Origin: Prevotella sp. CAG:1092 | Lineage (GTDB): Bacteria; Bacteroidota; Bacteroidia; Bacteroidales; Bacteroidaceae | Assembly (NCBI GenBank): GCA_000436915.1 | Contig: HF994128.1 | Location: 60,311 to 124,310, forward strand | Direction of reading: 5' to 3' | Length of the DNA: 64,000 nt | Shown: positions 1 through 9,387 of the stretch, in pieces | How positions within the stretch are numbered: position 1 is the first letter of the stretch | Layout of the letters: each line of letters starts with the position of its first letter | Notes under the pieces: model-generated | What the model was told of the DNA's origin: nothing | Database searches by the model: none | The model's input: only the letters and a program-made list of their open reading frames with translations | Program-made: the position numbers and the translations under genes

Positions 1-201
1 AGTAATTGTTTCCAGTTCATCATATGGCAAAAGTACAGCAAAAGAATGGAATAACAAAACAAATAATAAAATTTGTTTTGTATTCCTGAGTGCAGCGTAC
101 TTTATTTAAAAGTACTAATAAATATAAAGAAGTCATTGGGTTATCATTTTTTTTTGCTACTTTTGCACCTTATAATATATGACAGAGCTTTCGCATGTGT
201 G

Positions 202-334
202 GAAGTTAAAGAAGTTAAAGAAGTTAGAGAAGTTAAAGCCATATGCTTTGTAACTAAGAATTCAACATAAAGACTATTGGCTATAACTTCAAGCGACCAA
301 CGGGAGCGATAACTTCTTTTAATTCTATAACTTC
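202..334 (+). repeat. Tandem 9-bp repeats (GAAGTTAAA x4, perfectly phased at 202/211/220/229) followed by three inverted copies (TATAACTTC at 282-290, 308-316, 327-334) in the putative leader upstream of dut
   Basis: Direct reading of the sequence. A TAnnTTTG-like -7 element (TACTTTTG, approx 157-164) lies upstream, so the repeats are probably transcribed as a 5' leader. Confidence 0.5.
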
Positions 335-377
335 TAAACTTACAAAAGTTCACACAATTATTAATTCACAATCAGCA

Positions 378-815
378 ATGACCAACATCAGAATCATCAA
401 CAAGAGCCACCACCCTCTGCCAGCCTATGCTACCGAGCAGAGTGCAGGCATGGACTTGCGTGCCAACATCGAAGAGCCTATAGTATTGAAACCTATGGAG
501 AGAAGACTCATTCCTACAGGATTGTATATGGCTTTGCCACAAGGCTTTGAGGCACAGATTCGCCCTCGTAGTGGATTGGCATTCAAGAAAGGCATCACAG
601 TATTGAACAGCCCTGGCACAATAGACTCTGACTATCGTGGTGAGTTGATGGTGCTTCTTATCAACTTGTCGACTGAAGACTTCATCGTAAACGACGGCGA
701 ACGCATAGCACAGATGGTGATAGCACGCCATGAGGTTGCAGAGTTTCAAGTTGTTGAAGAACTCGATGACACCGAGCGTGGTGCTGGTGGATATGGACAT
801 ACAGGAGTGAAATAA
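378..815 (+). CDS. dut: dUTP diphosphatase (dUTPase)
   Basis: 145-aa ORF with the conserved dUTPase motifs (SAGx[11 protein letters not shown]-terminal glycine-rich RGxGGYGHTG). Confidence 0.9.
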   Translation: MTNIRIINKSHHPLPAYATEQSAGMDLRANIEEPIVLKPMERRLIPTGLYMALPQGFEAQIRPRSGLAFKKGITVLNSPGTIDSDYRGELMVLLINLSTEDFIVNDGERIAQMVIARHEVAEFQVVEELDDTERGAGGYGHTGVK

Positions 816-2548
816 TGCAGTTGAAAGGTATTACAACTCTTTTAGCAGTTCTCTTCATGTTGCCTCTGAGCATAGATGCAAAAAAAGAGAACAATGGTGG
901 CGACGGCTCTACAGACCGACGCTACCAATACTTTTTTATTGAGGCGATGCGACAGCAGAGCATGGGCAACTATGCTTCTTCATTCGAATTATTGTCTCAC
1001 GCCAAGGATATAGACGGCAACAAGCCGGAGGTTTACTACTATCTTGCGATGTATCTTGCACAGATGGAGAAAGACTCTTTGGCTCTTACTTCATTAGAGA
1101 AAGCGGCAAGCTTGGCTCCAAAGAATGAGACTTACCAAGAGCGACTGGCACAATTCTATATCGGCAACGGCAAATACGACAAGGCTACAGAAGCATACAC
1201 CAGACTATGCGACGAACATAGCTATCGCACAGATGCTATGAAGATATTGCTGCAATTGTATCAGCAGGAGAAAAACTATACAAAGATGCTCGAGGTGATA
1301 AACCGCATAGAGCAGGTGGATGGCGAAAGCGAAGACCTAACTCTATCAAAGGTGAGAGTATACGAGCTAATGAATAAGCCTGAGAATGCTCACAAGGCTT
1401 TGAAAGAGTTGGCAGACAACCATCCTTACGACATCAACTACCAGATAATGCTTGGCAATTGGCTATTGCAAAACAATAAGGCAGATGAAGCATATGGCAT
1501 ATTTACAAAGGCTCTGAAAGAAGAGGCTAACAATCCGTATGCCCAGAGTTCGCTCTACGACTATTACAAGCAGCATGGCGATAGTGCTAAGGCTGCCGAT
1601 ATGATGGAAAAGATATTGGTCAGTACAGAGCAGTCGATAGAAAACAAGCTGCAGTTTGTACGCGAGGCTATCAAGGAAAACGAACAGCATGGTGGCGACA
1701 GCATTAAAATGTTGTCACTATTCAACAGAATGATAGCAGCATCGCCAGAGGAGACAGACATCAGAGAATTGGAAGTGGCTTATATGAAAATGAAGAAGTT
1801 TCCTACAGCTGCCATCGACTCAACGCTCTTAAGCCTTCTTAGCATTGCACCCGATAATGCTTCGGCTCGTTTCCAACTTCTGCAGAACAAATGGAGCAGC
1901 GACGATTGGGATAGCATAATAGCTTTGAGCGAGCCTGGAACACAATATAATCCCGAAGAAATGGTGTTTTATTACTTCACCGGCTTGGCTTATTATCAGA
2001 AGGGTGAAGACGACAAGGCATTGTCTTTCTTCCAGAAAGGTGTTGCCGAGATTAACGACGAGAGTAGCTCGGATATCGTTAGCGACTTCTACTGCATAAT
2101 GGGCGACATATTGTTTAAGAAAGGTAAAGCTACAGAGGCTTTCGCCGCTTACGATAGCTGTCTGCAATGGAAACCAGATAATATATCTTGTTTGAACAAC
2201 TATGCCTACTACCTTAGTCTAAACAACCAAAACCTAAAGAAGGCTGAGGAGATGAGCGTGAAGACCATACAGGCAGAGCCAACTTCGGCTACATATCTCG
2301 ACACCTATGCGTGGATATTGTTCTTGGAAGGTAGATACGAGGAGGCAAAGATGTATATTGACCAAGCAATAAGCAACGATTCTACAGATGAATCTTCGGC
2401 TGACGTCTATGAGCACGCAGGCGACATACATGCCATGGCTGGCGATATAGACAAGGCTGTGGAATACTGGAAGCAAGCACAAAAGCGCGGTGGCGAGAGC
2501 AAGATATTGGCAAGAAAGATAAAACAAAGAAAATACATAAAGAAATGA
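815..2548 (+). CDS. TPR-repeat protein with N-terminal signal peptide, function unknown
   Basis: 577-aa ORF with signal peptide and multiple TPR-like Y/A/L-rich helical repeats. Its start overlaps the dut stop (ATAATG) and it is followed by DUF4292-like and M23-like genes, a gene set conserved in Bacteroidota. Confidence 0.7.
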   Translation: MQLKGITTLLAVLFMLPLSIDAKKENNGGDGSTDRRYQYFFIEAMRQQSMGNYASSFELLSHAKDIDGNKPEVYYYLAMYLAQMEKDSLALTSLEKAASLAPKNETYQERLAQFYIGNGKYDKATEAYTRLCDEHSYRTDAMKILLQLYQQEKNYTKMLEVINRIEQVDGESEDLTLSKVRVYELMNKPENAHKALKELADNHPYDINYQIMLGNWLLQNNKADEAYGIFTKALKEEANNPYAQSSLYDYYKQHGDSAKAADMMEKILVSTEQSIENKLQFVREAIKENEQHGGDSIKMLSLFNRMIAASPEETDIRELEVAYMKMKKFPTAAIDSTLLSLLSIAPDNASARFQLLQNKWSSDDWDSIIALSEPGTQYNPEEMVFYYFTGLAYYQKGEDDKALSFFQKGVAEINDESSSDIVSDFYCIMGDILFKKGKATEAFAAYDSCLQWKPDNISCLNNYAYYLSLNNQNLKKAEEMSVKTIQAEPTSATYLDTYAWILFLEGRYEEAKMYIDQAISNDSTDESSADVYEHAGDIHAMAGDIDKAVEYWKQAQKRGGESKILARKIKQRKYIKK

Positions 2549-3426
2549 AAATAAAGAATATTCTTTTTGCTGTTGCCTTGGGTGGTATGACCTTGGCTAT
2601 GGCAGGATGTGGTTCAAAGAAGGCTGCAACAGAAGGTACATCATCGTCAGTTGACAAGCACAACGGCGGTAATGTTCAAGCATTGGCTTTTGTTCAGAAA
2701 GTAGCCAATCAGAAGGTTAGCACCCAAAACATCGTTGGCAAGATGTCGCTCAACGTGCAGATGGGAAGTAAAAACATTACGGTGCCAGGTTCGCTGCATA
2801 TGAGATATGGCGAAGTGATACGCATTCAAGCATTCATTCCATTGTTGGGTAGCGAGGTGGGACGCATAGAATTTACTCCTGACTATGTGCTCGTAATAGA
2901 CCGCATGCACAAAGAATATATCAAGGAAGACTACAACAAGGTAGACTTCCTAAAGAACAATGGTTTGAACTTCTATTCGTTGCAAGCTTTGTTCTGGAAT
3001 CAGCTATTTATGCCAGGCACAACATCTATCAGCGATGCCAACCTTTTGGATTTTGGCGTAACAGAGGCTGGTAATAGCAAAAACATTACATTAAAGAAAG
3101 GTAACTTGAATATAGTATGGAATGCCGACAATGCCAATGGTCGCATATCTGCAGCTAAAGCTACATATAGCAGTCTAACTCAAGGTAAATCATCGTTGAA
3201 CTGGACATATTCTAACTTCAAGGCTGTTGCTGGCAAGATGTTTCCTGCTTACCAGAAGTTTACTTTTGCTACTACAGCCATCAAAAACCAGAGCAATATT
3301 TCTCTGACTATAGATATGGATGGTGTGAAGACCGACAGCAAATGGGAAGCAAAGTCGGAAATATCAAAGAGGTATAAGAAGATAGAAGCTACCGACGTCT
3401 TCGGCAAGCTTTTCGGAGCACAATAA
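2545..3426 (+). CDS. DUF4292-like outer-membrane lipoprotein
   Basis: 293-aa ORF with lipobox (LAMAGCGS). Overlaps the upstream gene by 4 nt (operon). No catalytic motifs. Confidence 0.55.
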   Translation: MKIKNILFAVALGGMTLAMAGCGSKKAATEGTSSSVDKHNGGNVQALAFVQKVANQKVSTQNIVGKMSLNVQMGSKNITVPGSLHMRYGEVIRIQAFIPLLGSEVGRIEFTPDYVLVIDRMHKEYIKEDYNKVDFLKNNGLNFYSLQALFWNQLFMPGTTSISDANLLDFGVTEAGNSKNITLKKGNLNIVWNADNANGRISAAKATYSSLTQGKSSLNWTYSNFKAVAGKMFPAYQKFTFATTAIKNQSNISLTIDMDGVKTDSKWEAKSEISKRYKKIEATDVFGKLFGAQ

Positions 3427-3448
3427 AAGAATATAAGCGAGAGTTAAA

Positions 3449-5191
3449 ATGAGGAAACTATTAACGATATTTCTTGCCTTGGCGCTTGTGTTGCCTGTCT
3501 GTGGCCAGCATAAGACTACGAGTGGTCAGAAAAGGACTACAACAACAAGAACAGCTAACAAAAGAACTACGACAAGAAAGCCTGTCGCAAAAAGAACTAC
3601 GACAAAGGAAAAAACTACGGCAGCAAAGAGTAATGCTAAGAAATCAACAGGAAAGACTTACTCTAATGCTTCTATACGTGGTCTACAGAACCAAAGAGCC
3701 GACATCCAAAAGAAGATTAAGGAGCAAGAGAAGGCACTAAGGGCAAATCAGGCTGATGTTAAGAACAGACTTAAGAATCTGCTGGTGATAAATAGCGAAA
3801 TCGAAGAGCGACAAAAGAAGATAACAAATATCGAGCAAGACATTACACATATAAATGGTAATATCGATATGCTGACATCGCAACTGAATACTCTCAAAGA
3901 GCAACTGCACGAACGTCAGGCGAAATACATAAAGTCGATGCGCTATTTGGCTAAACATAACTCTGTACAGGACAAGCTGATGTTTATCTTCTCTGCACAG
4001 AACTTTGCTCAGATGTATCGTCGACTTCGATTCGTAAGAGAATATGGTGCTTACCAAAAAGCACAGGGCGAACAGGTTAGAGCTAAGCAGCAGGAGGTGA
4101 ACACAAAGTTCAACCAGCTACAAGATGCTAAGGCGCACAAAAACAATTTGCTCTATAAAGGTAAGCAGGAGAAAACGCACCTACAAAATAAGCAGACCGA
4201 GCAACAGACTATGGTAGACGGACTGCAGAAACAGCAGAAGACTATTGTAAGCATCATAGCTGACCAACGCAAGAAGGATGCTGCATTGAACGCTCAAATC
4301 GATAGATTGGTAGCTATAGAAGTAGAAAAGGCGCGCCAACGTGCAGAGGCAGAAGCTAAACGCAAAGCTGCTGCTGCAGAGGCTGCACGACGTAGAGCTG
4401 CCGAATTGGCTCGCAAGAAAGCTGCTGCAGAGGCTGCTGCAAGAGAGAATGCACGAAGAATCGCAGAGGCAAAGGCTCGTGAGGCAAGACTCAAAGAGGA
4501 AGCACGCCAGGCTGCTTTGGCGGAAGCAGAAGCTCGTAGAGCAAAAGAAGAAGCTGAACGCAAAGCATCTGCAAAGAAAGCTGCTAACGCAAGGGCTTTG
4601 GCAGAAAGAAGAGAGCGTGAAGCTGCAGAGAGAAAGGAACGCGCAGAGCAGGCTGCTCGCGAAGCTGCTGCACAGCGTCAGGCTGCTGAGTTGAAAGCAA
4701 AGACCGAGGCTGAGCGCAACAGAAAAGAGATAGCTGAAGCTAAGGAGGATGCCGAAGAGGTGGCAAGATTCAGTTCTGCCGACAGATTGATGAACAATGG
4801 TTTCGAGGCTAACCGAGGCAGATTGCCTATGCCTATTACTGGCAACTACCGAATAGTTACCCACTACGGAAACTATAATGTAGAAGGTCTACGAGGCGTA
4901 ACTCTCGACAACAAGGGTATAAACATCATGGGTTCTGCAGGTAGTCATGCAAGAAGCGTATATGATGGTGAAGTTAGCGGTGTGTTTGGATATAGCGGCT
5001 CGATGGTTGTAATGGTACGCCACGGAGCATACATATCTGTATATTGCAACTTGAAATCAGTAGCGGTATCTAAGGGACAGCATGTGAGCACCCGCCAAGT
5101 ACTTGGCTCCGTAGGTGGAGAGAATGTACTGCAATTCAGATTATACAAAGAAAAGGCACGATTGAATCCTGAGAAATGGCTTGGAAGATAA
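3449..5191 (+). CDS. EnvC-like murein hydrolase activator: signal peptide, KRTTT repeats, coiled coil, about 150-aa E/R/K/A-rich single alpha-helix segment, and a C-terminal degenerate M23/LytM domain
   Basis: 580-aa ORF with a C-terminal LytM fold (…VMVRHGAYISVYCNL…). The second catalytic His of the YxHL motif is replaced (YCNL) and there is no clear HxxxD motif, which suggests a non-catalytic dLytM like EnvC/NlpD. Confidence 0.75.
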   Translation: MRKLLTIFLALALVLPVCGQHKTTSGQKRTTTTRTANKRTTTRKPVAKRTTTKEKTTAAKSNAKKSTGKTYSNASIRGLQNQRADIQKKIKEQEKALRANQADVKNRLKNLLVINSEIEERQKKITNIEQDITHINGNIDMLTSQLNTLKEQLHERQAKYIKSMRYLAKHNSVQDKLMFIFSAQNFAQMYRRLRFVREYGAYQKAQGEQVRAKQQEVNTKFNQLQDAKAHKNNLLYKGKQEKTHLQNKQTEQQTMVDGLQKQQKTIVSIIADQRKKDAALNAQIDRLVAIEVEKARQRAEAEAKRKAAAAEAARRRAAELARKKAAAEAAARENARRIAEAKAREARLKEEARQAALAEAEARRAKEEAERKASAKKAANARALAERREREAAERKERAEQAAREAAAQRQAAELKAKTEAERNRKEIAEAKEDAEEVARFSSADRLMNNGFEANRGRLPMPITGNYRIVTHYGNYNVEGLRGVTLDNKGINIMGSAGSHARSVYDGEVSGVFGYSGSMVVMVRHGAYISVYCNLKSVAVSKGQHVSTRQVLGSVGGENVLQFRLYKEKARLNPEKWLGR

Positions 5192-5223
5192 TTGCGCTAA
5201 ACATTTCGAAATAAGACACAAAC

Positions 5224-5270
5224 AAAAGTGCGTCTGTAGCAAATAAGCTATCAGACGCACTTTTGTTTTA
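5224..5270. terminator. Bidirectional rho-independent terminator between convergent genes
   Basis: Perfect 13-bp stem AAAAGTGCGTCTG/CAGACGCACTTTT with 15-nt loop. A-run on the 5' side and T-run on the 3' side. Confidence 0.7.
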
Positions 5271-5283
5271 TATAAATATTATC

Positions 5284-6282
5284 TTAGTTATTTGGATTCT
5301 CTAGATAAATAACGTTGTTAGCACCACTTGTAATCTGTAGAGCCTCTGGATGCTCCTTGATAAAGCTATCGATATGGCGCACGCGCTTTTCTTCCAATAT
5401 TTCATCTACAGCTATCAATATACCAGTTTCTTCTACATCACCAAAGCCATAATTAATAGCTGTACCGAAAAGACGCATTGTAGGGCTAAGATTCATATAT
5501 GCATTCACCAAAGGAGGAATATTGTAGCCCAATCGACGTATCTCACGGTTTAGAATGCGATAATCAGCTTTGAAGTCATCTTCACAGAATAGAGTTGCCA
5601 ATTCCATAGGATCAGACTCTATACGCAACGGCTTTAGTGGCACAATGAGATTTTCTTTGTCGCCAAAATGCTTCTTTAAGAAGTAGAGTATCATATCGCG
5701 ACCACGACGGATGTACGACGGATACATCGTCACCTTGCCAAAGAAATATTTCACATCTGGATTTATAACCGTCAAAGCTCCAAGTCCATCCCACAGGTTG
5801 TCAAGAGCAAAAATGCTCTTAGTATTAGAACGTACATTCTGATATTCAAGCGACACAAATGATCGTCCCAACTCAACAGTATATGGAGCATACTCCTTCA
5901 TAAACTTCTCAGAGAAATGGAACATATGGCTTGTTGCAAGCTTTGGCTGTCCTTTCTCATCTATCTGCCAATCGCTACCAAAGAGATAGCGATAGCCACC
6001 GATAATTTCTTCTGCATCAGGATTCCATACTATAAGTTGTTTGCAGCAATTTGACATAGTATCGAACTCGTCAATATCCAAAGCCTTGCCTGTGCCACCA
6101 CCTGCCGAACGGAAAGCAAGTTCACGGAGACGACCAATCTCTCTCATCACATTTGGTGAGTCGTGAGCCGTAATAACAAAAATCTCGTTATTACTCTTGT
6201 TGGTCATGCGTAATTGCTTTTCTGGAGTAAGTTCAGCTCTCAGCAGTTCTTTGCTCACAGGTTGGATAATTTCTTCTTCCAT
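5284..6282 (-). CDS. GNAT-fold N-acyltransferase of the OlsB/GlsB type (amino-acid-lipid, e.g. glycine-lipid, synthesis)
   Basis: 332-aa ORF of the OlsB-like hemolysin/N-acyltransferase type. It is immediately upstream of, and co-oriented with, an OlsA/PlsC-like acyltransferase, the arrangement of the Bacteroidales glsB-glsA pair. Confidence 0.6.
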   Translation of the reverse strand: MEEEIIQPVSKELLRAELTPEKQLRMTNKSNNEIFVITAHDSPNVMREIGRLRELAFRSAGGGTGKALDIDEFDTMSNCCKQLIVWNPDAEEIIGGYRYLFGSDWQIDEKGQPKLATSHMFHFSEKFMKEYAPYTVELGRSFVSLEYQNVRSNTKSIFALDNLWDGLGALTVINPDVKYFFGKVTMYPSYIRRGRDMILYFLKKHFGDKENLIVPLKPLRIESDPMELATLFCEDDFKADYRILNREIRRLGYNIPPLVNAYMNLSPTMRLFGTAINYGFGDVEETGILIAVDEILEEKRVRHIDSFIKEHPEALQITSGANNVIYLENPNN

Positions 6283-6301
6283 TGGTATCTATATTATTTC
6301 C

Positions 6302-7216
6302 TTATAGTTTATACACTTCGTCTTCTACATATTTTGCCCATTCCATCGCAGTTTTTGATTTATCGAAAGTCTGCCATGGTATTGGTTTCCCTATAACCAC
6401 GCGGAATGTTTTATCTACATTTTTATACATTTCATCGACAAGAAACAGCATCGCTACATTAAACCTCAAACCAAGCTTTTTGCATACGTTAGCTATGGTA
6501 TAGAATTTGTCAGAGTTGCAACCGCCGAAATGTATTGGCACAATATCACGCTGATATTCCACACTCTTTGTGATGAAAGTCTTCTTCCAAGGCAAGTCGT
6601 GAATTTGTCCGTCTATCTTTCGAGAACATAAGCCAGCAGGGAACATCAGCATGTGGTTCTTGCTTTGAAAACCCGCCTCAACCATACGAGGGAAGTCACG
6701 GCTCTGCTTACCAGTCTTATTGATAGGAATACAAACCGGGGCAAGACCAGGAAGATTCATCAACAAATCGTTGACAAGATAGCGGAAGTTGCCATCATAA
6801 TGGCGTCCGATAATGGCACCTAATGCCACACCATCAGCACCACCAAGAGGATGGTTTGAGACGAAGGTATAAAGTCGTCCGTCGTTCTTATCGGGAAGAT
6901 TCTCTAATCCTTCGATTTTAAGAGTCATACGCAGATAGCGCACGCACTCCTCAAGCCAATCAGTACCCGACAGATGGCGAGATTCCCAAAGATACTTATT
7001 GACCTCATCTTCATGAACCACTCGTTTGAGCCATGATACAAGGAAATGTGGAACAAAGCGCGCTTTATCCCCCATTTTGCCAGCAAGTATTTTTTCTATA
7101 TCTATTGTCTTTTCCATCATTTTGCTTAAGAGCACGACGGAGAATATTATACAAAAGCTATCCGAATAAAACTCGTTTTCTTCTTGTCCGCCGATAAACA
7201 GCTGCAAAAATAACAC
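6302..7216 (-). CDS. Lysophospholipid acyltransferase (PlsC/OlsA/GlsA-like) acting as the O-acyltransferase partner of the upstream N-acyltransferase
   Basis: 304-aa ORF with an NHxxxxD acyltransferase motif (VSNHPLGGADG). Forms an operon with 5284-6282. Confidence 0.65.
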   Translation of the reverse strand: MLFLQLFIGGQEENEFYSDSFCIIFSVVLLSKMMEKTIDIEKILAGKMGDKARFVPHFLVSWLKRVVHEDEVNKYLWESRHLSGTDWLEECVRYLRMTLKIEGLENLPDKNDGRLYTFVSNHPLGGADGVALGAIIGRHYDGNFRYLVNDLLMNLPGLAPVCIPINKTGKQSRDFPRMVEAGFQSKNHMLMFPAGLCSRKIDGQIHDLPWKKTFITKSVEYQRDIVPIHFGGCNSDKFYTIANVCKKLGLRFNVAMLFLVDEMYKNVDKTFRVVIGKPIPWQTFDKSKTAMEWAKYVEDEVYKL

Positions 7217-7358
7217 AACTTTTTCTAATATGATAGTTTTTTAAGCAAAAATAATCTTTTTATTATGATTTTGATTTGAAAACATAACAGAATCGTCGTT
7301 CTACGGATAGATAGCAAACAGACGTAAAGTATAAAAAACAAGAGCTTGATAAAAAAAT

Positions 7359-7401
7359 GTGGGGAAAAGTGGAGCAATGTGGGGGAAAATGTGTATCTTT
7401 G
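7359..7401 (+). promoter_or_regulatory. MraZ-box array (GTGGGG/GTGGAG/GTGGGGG at 7359, 7369, 7379, exact 10-bp phasing, plus GTGT at 7391) abutting a TAnnTTTG -7 element (TATCTTTG 7394-7401) of the dcw promoter
   Basis: Seen directly. MraZ is known to bind direct GTGGG-type repeats with 10-bp periodicity upstream of its own promoter. Confidence 0.65.
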
Positions 7402-7430
7402 AACCCGAATTCATTTATAAATAAGAACGC

Positions 7431-7880
7431 ATGCGATTTTTAGGTAACATCGAGGCTAAAACAGATGCTAAGGGACGAGTGTTTCTGCCATCTGTATTCC
7501 GCAAGGTACTACAAGTATCGGGCGAAGAGTCGTTGGTGTTGCGCAAAGACGTTTTTCAACCATGCTTAGTACTCTATCCGCAAAGTGTTTGGAATGCTCA
7601 ACTCGACGAACTAAGAACAAGACTCAATAAATGGAACCCGGAACATCAGCAGATGTTAAGGCAATTTGTTTACGACACAGAAGCTATAGCATTAGACGGC
7701 AACGGAAGATTCTTGATTCCAAAAAGATTCTTAGAAGCTACAAACATCACGTCAGGCGTAAGATTTATCGGTATGGACGACACCATTGAGATTTGGACAA
7801 CTGACAGCGACATGCCTCTGATGAACTCTCAAGAATTTGCTGAGAAACTAACAAAAGTAATGACCCCTGAAGAAAAGTAA
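7431..7880 (+). CDS. mraZ: Transcriptional regulator MraZ
   Basis: 149-aa ORF. N-terminus MRFLGN…KGRVFLPS… and duplicated SpoVT/AbrB-like halves. First gene of the dcw cluster. Confidence 0.9.
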   Translation: MRFLGNIEAKTDAKGRVFLPSVFRKVLQVSGEESLVLRKDVFQPCLVLYPQSVWNAQLDELRTRLNKWNPEHQQMLRQFVYDTEAIALDGNGRFLIPKRFLEATNITSGVRFIGMDDTIEIWTTDSDMPLMNSQEFAEKLTKVMTPEEK

Positions 7881-7895
7881 CAACGACCACTGAAA

Positions 7896-8828
7896 ATGAC
7901 AAAGATTATAGAAAACTATCATGTACCAGTATTGCTCAACGAGAGCATAGACGGACTAAACATACATAAAGGAGGAATATATGTCGACGTAACATTCGGT
8001 GGCGGTGGACATAGCAGGGAGATATTGTCCAGACTTGACGAGACAAGTCATTTGTATAGTTTCGACCAAGACGAAGATGCAGAAAGAAATATCGACGACC
8101 GCATAAAAGGTGGCAAATTCACTTTTGTGAGATCAAACTTTAGATATCTTACAAACTGGATGAGGTATCATGGAGTAGACGGCATAGACGGACTGTTGGC
8201 AGACCTCGGAGTGTCAAGTCATCATTTCGACGACGAAACTCGTGGATTCTCTTTCCGCTTTGATGCTCCACTTGACATGAGAATGAATAAGCGCGCTGGA
8301 AAAACTGCCGCCGACATAATAAACGACTATGACGAAGAGCAGTTGGCTGATATCTTCTATCTATATGGCGAACTAAAGACATCACGCCGCATAGCTTCAA
8401 CATTGGTAAAGCAAAGAGCCGACAAGCGAATAGAAACGACACAGGATTTCTTGAATGCTGTAGCTCCGCTATTCAACAAGGAGCGAGAGAAGAAAGATAT
8501 GGCAAAACTCTTTCAAGCTCTGCGCATAGAGGTAAACCATGAGATGGATGCCTTGAAAGAGATGCTATATAGTGCCACAGCGCTATTAAAGCCAGGCGGC
8601 AGACTAAGTGTGATAACTTATCACTCATTAGAAGACCGCATGGTGAAGAACGTGATGAAGACAGGCAATGCAGAGGGAAAAGCAGAACAAGATTTCTTTG
8701 GCAGAACCAAATGTCCATTCAAACTAATCAACAACAAAGTGATAGTTCCTTCGGCAGAGGAGGTGGAGATAAACCCACGAAGCAGAAGTGCTAAGCTAAG
8801 AATAGCAGAGAAAATAGCAATAGAATAA
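7896..8828 (+). CDS. rsmH: 16S rRNA (cytosine1402-N4)-methyltransferase RsmH
   Basis: 310-aa ORF with HVPVLL…VDVTFGGGGHS SAM-binding motif. Confidence 0.9.
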   Translation: MTKIIENYHVPVLLNESIDGLNIHKGGIYVDVTFGGGGHSREILSRLDETSHLYSFDQDEDAERNIDDRIKGGKFTFVRSNFRYLTNWMRYHGVDGIDGLLADLGVSSHHFDDETRGFSFRFDAPLDMRMNKRAGKTAADIINDYDEEQLADIFYLYGELKTSRRIASTLVKQRADKRIETTQDFLNAVAPLFNKEREKKDMAKLFQALRIEVNHEMDALKEMLYSATALLKPGGRLSVITYHSLEDRMVKNVMKTGNAEGKAEQDFFGRTKCPFKLINNKVIVPSAEEVEINPRSRSAKLRIAEKIAIE

Positions 8829-8841
8829 ACAAAGGAGGAAA

Positions 8842-9363
8842 ATGGAAAGCGTTAATACAAAACCAGAAAATAAGACTGCTGCCAGCGAAGAGCCAAAAGC
8901 AAAAGAGCAGAACGATATTGCTAAAAAGGAAGAGGCAAAAAGCAATAATGACAACTCTCGTGATATAGGAGACGAAGGCCCAAGTCTGAAAGAGGTGATT
9001 AAGCAGAATGCTACAGAAGAGGAATCACCGCTATCGAAGAACTTTACCCTCAATAAGATTCTTGGTGGAGATATATTGACATCATCTACCATAAGACGAC
9101 AAATTTGGGTATTTTTGCTGATTGCATTCTTCACCCTTATATATATATCTAACAGATATAGCTGTCAACAAGACCTTATTGAGATTGACAAGCTGCAAGA
9201 ACGATTGCAAGGCGCAAAGTTTAAAGCGTTGTCAAGTTCGAGCCAGATGACAGAAAGAAGCAGAGAGAGCAACGTGCTCGAATTGCTAAGAAATAATAGC
9301 GACAGCACGCTGAAGACTCCAAATCAGCCACCTTACATAATTACTGTACCAGAAGACAATTAA
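8842..9363 (+). CDS. ftsL: FtsL-like cell division protein (single TM helix)
   Basis: 173-aa ORF between rsmH and ftsI. Charged N-terminus, one TM helix (VFLLIAFFTLIYI) and a coiled-coil segment. Confidence 0.6.
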   Translation: MESVNTKPENKTAASEEPKAKEQNDIAKKEEAKSNNDNSRDIGDEGPSLKEVIKQNATEEESPLSKNFTLNKILGGDILTSSTIRRQIWVFLLIAFFTLIYISNRYSCQQDLIEIDKLQERLQGAKFKALSSSSQMTERSRESNVLELLRNNSDSTLKTPNQPPYIITVPEDN

Positions 9364-9387
9364 GAAGAAAAAGGAGGATAAACAACA

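Noticed and set aside
4181-4864. 227-aa minus-strand ORF, plus 4294-4563 (-) and 4341-4694 (+), overlapping the EnvC-like gene
   Set aside because: Low-complexity translations (S/C/L/F-rich or R/A/Q-rich) produced by the GC-rich E/R/K/A-coding repeat region of the real + strand gene. Classic antisense and alternate-frame artifacts.
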